Shown here in pieces: positions 59,357-64,000 of a DNA stretch of 64,000 nucleotides (the first letter of the stretch is position 1; the number at the start of each line of letters is the position of its first letter). Source of the DNA: an uncultured Verrucomicrobiae bacterium (GTDB lineage: Bacteria; Verrucomicrobiota; Verrucomicrobiia; Limisphaerales; Palsa-1400); assembly GCA_963707025.1 (NCBI GenBank), contig CAVPOM010000006.1:563369-627368 (forward strand). Reading direction: 5' to 3'. The position numbers and the translations under genes are program-made. The notes under the pieces were generated by a model. That model ran no database searches. It was not told where the DNA came from and saw only the letters and a program-made list of their open reading frames with translations.

Positions 59357-60346
59357 ATGAACGGACCCGGCCAAAATGTCCCGCCAACGCCCGATCGGAC
59401 GATTTGGCCCAAAATCATTTTGCTGGCGGCGCTGGCGGCGGCGGGAGTGCTGGGCTGTTTCTCCGGCCAACTGGGCCGCTACTACACCGGCCTTTTGACC
59501 AAGGTGGGCATCAATATCATTCTGGCGGTGAGCTTGAATCTGATCAACGGCTATACCGGGCAATTCTCGCTGGGCCATGCCGGTTTCATGGGGGTGGGCG
59601 CTTACACGGCGGCGGCGGTGACATTGTGTCTCGGGCCAAACTTCCTGCCGCCGGCGGGAGCGGCCTGGCACAATTGGGCCGCTGATGGCTTGTTTGGCGG
59701 GGCGCTGCTGGCGGGCGGCTTGGCCGCGGCGCTGGCCGGCTTGCTGGTGGGCGCGCCCTCGCTGCGCTTGAAAGGGGATTATCTGGCGATTGTCACGCTC
59801 GGATTTGGCGAGATCATCCGGGTCATCTTTTGCAACATCAAATCGCTGGGCGGCGGGCTGGGCCTCAACGGCATTCCGCGTTACACCAGCCTTTTCTGGG
59901 TCTATGCCATGGCGGTGGTTTGCACCTATGTGGTGGTGGCGATGGTCCACTCGACCTACGGCCGCGGCTTCCTGGCCGTGCATGACGACGAGGTCGCGGC
60001 GGAGGCGATGGGGTTGAACACCACCCGCTACAAGATCGTGGCCTTTGTCGTCGGCGCATTTTTCGCCGGAATCGCGGGCGGACTTTACGGACATGACATC
60101 AGGGCCATTGATCCCAATGGATTCGGGTTCATGCACTCCATTGACATTGTGGTGATGGTGATTCTGGGCGGCATGGGCAACACCCCGGGGGTGATCGCGG
60201 CGGCAATTGTCCTGACGCTTCTGCCGGAATGGCTGCGCCCGGTGGCGGAGTATCGGATGGTGATTTATTCCTTCCTGTTGATCGTGCTCATGCTCACCCG
60301 CCCGCAAGGCCTGTTCACCTGGCGGCGAAATTGGAAGCAGGTCTGA
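59357..60346 (+). CDS. livM: Branched-chain amino acid ABC permease LivM
   Basis: LNL..GYTGQFSLGHAGF, LRLKGDYLAIVTLGFGE and RPQGL motifs. Confidence 0.9.
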   Translation: MNGPGQNVPPTPDRTIWPKIILLAALAAAGVLGCFSGQLGRYYTGLLTKVGINIILAVSLNLINGYTGQFSLGHAGFMGVGAYTAAAVTLCLGPNFLPPAGAAWHNWAADGLFGGALLAGGLAAALAGLLVGAPSLRLKGDYLAIVTLGFGEIIRVIFCNIKSLGGGLGLNGIPRYTSLFWVYAMAVVCTYVVVAMVHSTYGRGFLAVHDDEVAAEAMGLNTTRYKIVAFVVGAFFAGIAGGLYGHDIRAIDPNGFGFMHSIDIVVMVILGGMGNTPGVIAAAIVLTLLPEWLRPVAEYRMVIYSFLLIVLMLTRPQGLFTWRRNWKQV

Positions 60347-60348
60347 TC

Positions 60349-61140
60349 ATGGCGGCATCCCCGACAACCCAACCGCTGCTGCGCCTGGAGGATTGCACCC
60401 TCCGCTTCGGCGGGCTGACCGCGGTGGCGGCGTTGCAGGCCCGCATCGGGCAGAGGGACCTGGTCGGCTTGATCGGCCCCAATGGCGCGGGAAAAACCAC
60501 CGTTTTTAATCTCATCACCGGCGTCTATCAGCCGGCGGCGGGCCGGATCGAATTTTGCGGGGAATCCATCGTGGGGAAAAAGCCGTGGCAGATCACGGCT
60601 TGCGGCATCGCGCGCACCTTTCAAAACATCCGGCTGTTTTCCTCGTTGACCGTGTTTGACAACGTGCGGGTGGCGTTTCACCTCCATTTGTTGCAGGGCA
60701 TCGGCCACGCCCTCTGGCGCGGGGCGGCCTTCTGGCGCGAGGAAAAAGAGATCGCCGGCCAAGTGATGGAGATGCTGGAGATCTTTCAGTTGCATAAATT
60801 TCGCCACGCCCCGGCCCGCAGCCTGCCTTACGGGGACCAGCGCCGGCTGGAGATTGTGCGCGCCCTGGCCACGCGCCCGAAGTTGCTGCTGCTGGACGAA
60901 CCGGCGGCGGGGATGAACCCGACGGAGAAAGTCGAGTTGATGAAGCTGATCCAGTTTGTGGAGGAGAAGTATAAAATTTCCGTGCTGCTGGTGGAGCACG
61001 ACATGCAGGTGGTGATGGGCATCTGCCGGCGCATCATGGTGTTGGATTACGGCGTGAAAATTGCCGAAGGAACGCCCGGGGAAGTGCGCGCCAATCCGAA
61101 GGTGATCGAAGCGTATCTGGGCCAGGTGCCCGCCCCATAA
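60349..61140 (+). CDS. livG: Branched-chain amino acid ABC ATPase LivG
   Basis: FGGLTAV, GPNGAGKTT, RTFQNIRLF, LLLDEPAAG and VIEAYLG motifs. Confidence 0.92.
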   Translation: MAASPTTQPLLRLEDCTLRFGGLTAVAALQARIGQRDLVGLIGPNGAGKTTVFNLITGVYQPAAGRIEFCGESIVGKKPWQITACGIARTFQNIRLFSSLTVFDNVRVAFHLHLLQGIGHALWRGAAFWREEKEIAGQVMEMLEIFQLHKFRHAPARSLPYGDQRRLEIVRALATRPKLLLLDEPAAGMNPTEKVELMKLIQFVEEKYKISVLLVEHDMQVVMGICRRIMVLDYGVKIAEGTPGEVRANPKVIEAYLGQVPAP

Positions 61141-61146
61141 GCCGCC

Positions 61147-61851
61147 ATGCTGTCCATTAAGAATCTTACGGTCCATTACGGCGCCATCACCGCCCTGCGG
61201 GGCATTTCCCTGGAGGTGCCGCAGGGGCAAATTGTCACCTTGCTCGGGGCCAACGGGGCCGGCAAGACGACCACCTTGCGGGCCATCTCCGGTCTGATCA
61301 AAACCCAGGGGCGGATTGTTTATGACGGGCACGACATCGCCAACGGCGCGCCCCACCAAATTGTGGCGGCGGGCCTTTCCCATGTGCCGGAGGGGCGGAT
61401 GGTCTTTGCCAATTTGACGGTGGCGGAGAACCTGGAGATGGGCGCTTATTTGCAGAAGAACCCGGCGGACATCCGGGCCAGCCGCGAGATGGTGCTGGGT
61501 CTTTTTCCCCGGCTGGGCGAGCGGCAGAAGCAGAGGGCCGGCACGCTGAGCGGGGGCGAACAACAGATGCTGGCCATCGGGCGGGCCTTGATGAGCCGGC
61601 CGAAGTTCTTGATGCTGGACGAGCCGTCGCTGGGCCTGGCGCCGATTTTGGTCAAAACTATTTTTGAAAAGATCGTGGAGATCAACCAGCGCCAGGGCGT
61701 GACCATCCTGCTGGTGGAGCAGAACGCCAACCTGGCCCTGGAAGTGGCCCGTTACGGCTATGTGCTCGAAACCGGCCGCATCCTGCTGGAAGACGCCTCC
61801 GCCGCCTTGCGTCAGAACCCCAAGGTGCGCGCCGCCTATCTGGGGGGGTAG
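61147..61851 (+). CDS. livF: Branched-chain amino acid ABC ATPase LivF
   Basis: GANGAGKTT, VPEGR, LSGGEQQMLAIGRALM, LDEPSLGLAP and VEQNA motifs. Confidence 0.93.
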   Translation: MLSIKNLTVHYGAITALRGISLEVPQGQIVTLLGANGAGKTTTLRAISGLIKTQGRIVYDGHDIANGAPHQIVAAGLSHVPEGRMVFANLTVAENLEMGAYLQKNPADIRASREMVLGLFPRLGERQKQRAGTLSGGEQQMLAIGRALMSRPKFLMLDEPSLGLAPILVKTIFEKIVEINQRQGVTILLVEQNANLALEVARYGYVLETGRILLEDASAALRQNPKVRAAYLGG

Positions 61852-61990
61852 GATAGGTTGCGCATTAATTCCTGGCTTAAATGAGTGTTATTGGTATGTT
61901 TGCGTTTATGAACCGGGAACGCGGATCGCGGGCCTTTCGCCTCCGCGCCGGTGGTTCCATGCGCGGGTGAACAAAGCCTGTTGATGCGCC

Positions 61991-64000
61991 ATGCCGCTGA
62001 TTTGTTTGAACTGCAAGCGCCTGCGGCCTGCCAGCCTGCTGATGCTGGCATGGCTGGTGGGTTCGGACCTCGCCCCGGCCCAAACCAATCGGACCTGGAT
62101 CGGCTCCGTCAGCAGCGATTGGTTTAATGCCACCAACTGGACGCCCGCCGGTGTCCCGGCGTCCAACGACGTCGTCAACTTCACCAACGGCACCCTCGCC
62201 CTGACCGCGCCGGTCACGATCAACGGCCAGTTTAACTGGACTGGGGGAACGTTGAGCGGGAATCCCTTGACGATTGCGACCAATGGGCTGATGACCGTCA
62301 GTGGCAGCGCCACCCTCTTCCTGGAGAATTCGCTGACCAACGCGGGGACGGTGGTGATGACCAACAGCGGCAGGCTGGAGGTGAGCTATGCCAGCGTTTT
62401 CGGCTATTTCGGGCTGATCGAGAACCTGCCGGGCGCGCTGTGGGACATCCAGAACGACCAGGTTATGACCCCTTACTACGCCGGTCCGGCCTATTTCCAC
62501 AACGCCGGCATACTGCGCAAATCGGGCCAGTCCGGCGCGACCACGATCTACGTCCCCTTCAACAACTCCGGCAGTGTGACGGCGCTGCAGGGCATGCTGG
62601 ATTTCAATGGCGGCGGGACGCTGGCCGGGACCTTCACTGCCAGCAATGCGGCCTCCATCCTTTTTTCCGGAGGCGAGTTCACCAACTCCGTGCCGGCCAC
62701 TGTCAGCGGGCCGGGTGTCGTCCAGTCCTGGGGGACAATCTGACCCTGCTGACGGATGTGATACCGAATCTGCCGATGGTGAACGGCAATCTCATTCTGG
62801 GCCCGGGTTTCCAAGGCGGCACCATCACCGATCTGACCCTGGCCGGGTCCACGCTCTTGAGCACCAACACCGTCACGGGCGCCTTCACCTGGAGCGCCGG
62901 CACACTGGCCGGTCCACTGAACATCGCCACCAATGCGCTGCTGACCATCACTGGCAGTGCCACCCATTACATGGACAATCCGCTGACCAACGCGGGGACG
63001 GTGGTCATGACCAACAGCGGCGGCCTGATCGTGAGCTACTCCAGCGGTGCGGGCTATTTCGGTGTGATCGAGAACCTGCCGGGCGCGCTGTGGGACATCC
63101 AGAACGATCAGAGCATTTCCCCTTACTACCTCGGGCCGGCCTATTTCCACAACGCCGGCACTCTCCTCAAATCGGGCCACACCGGAACGACCACGATCTA
63201 CGTCCCCTTCAACAACTCCGGCAGTGTGACGGCGCTGCAAGGCACGCTGGATTTCAATGGCGGCGGGACGCTGGCCGGAACCTTCACTGCCAGCAATGCG
63301 GCCTCCATCCTTTTTTCCGGAGGCGATTTCACCAACTCCGTGCCGACGACGATGAGCGGGCCGGGTGTGGTGCGGTTGACGGGAGGCACTCTGACGCTGC
63401 TGACGGATGAGATAGCCAATTTGCCGCTGGTTAACGGCAACCTCATTCTGGGCCCCGGCTTCCAAGGCGGCACCATCACCAATCTGACCCTTTCCGGGTC
63501 CATGCTCGTGAGCACCAACACTGTCACGGGCGCCTTCACCTGGATGGCCGGCACGCTGGCCGCTCCCCTGACCATCGCGAGCAATGGGCTGCTGACTCTC
63601 GGCGGCAGCGCCACCCATTACCTGGAGAATACGCTGACCAACGCTGGGACGGTGGTCATGACCAACAGCGGCGGCCTGGTCACGAGCTACCTCGCCTCTT
63701 TCGGCTATTTCGGGCTGATCGAGAACCTGCCGGGCGCGCTGTGGGACCTCCAGAACGACCAGAGCATCTATAACAACGAACTCGGTCCGGCCTATTTCCA
63801 CAATGCCGGCACTCTCCTCAAATCGGGCCAGACCGGCGCGACCACATTCTACATCCCCTTTACCAACTCCGGCACGGTGACGGTTCTAAAGGGGACGGTG
63901 GCGTGGAACGGCGGTTTTACTCCGGCGGGCGGCGAACTCCTTTTTGGTTTGAGCGGTCCGGCCAGCTTCGGGCAGATGAGTATTTCGGGCAATGCGACCC
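61991..64000 (+). CDS. Large secreted beta-helix/adhesin-like repeat protein, 3'-partial; apparent single-base deletion near 62726
   Basis: Signal peptide, W.G..SSDW..ATNW..AGVP; three 651-bp repeats; reading continues after 62743 as LTLLTDVIPNLP... in a shifted frame to the window end. Confidence 0.8.

Overview
GC-rich bacterial chromosomal DNA, most likely from Verrucomicrobiota (Pedosphaera/Limisphaerales-like; inferred from gene content and repeat types). Housekeeping genes include murJ, mgtA, the rpmH-rnpA-yidD-yidC-jag operon, xseB-dxs, an rlmD-like methyltransferase, a tolQRAB-pal operon, lysA and a livKHMGF-like ABC operon. These are mixed with carbohydrate-active enzymes, three membrane glycosyltransferase-like TPR proteins and large secreted multidomain proteins. 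Mobile DNA comprises a complete group II intron (25708-27665), an IS630 element that splits a glycoside-hydrolase-like gene, three copies of a MITE/REP composite, several other REP-like palindromes and a cluster of decayed toxin-antitoxin genes. The most striking observation is one homologous ~120-aa domain (motif DD..L..L...L....DPVS.F...LN.I...P..Y....F.GI.L..ET...LNRLLLEDA...EL) inserted in frame into extracytoplasmic loops of two unrelated membrane proteins, MgtA and YidC. This suggests a mobile in-frame protein module. Four single-base frameshifts in otherwise intact genes look like sequencing errors.
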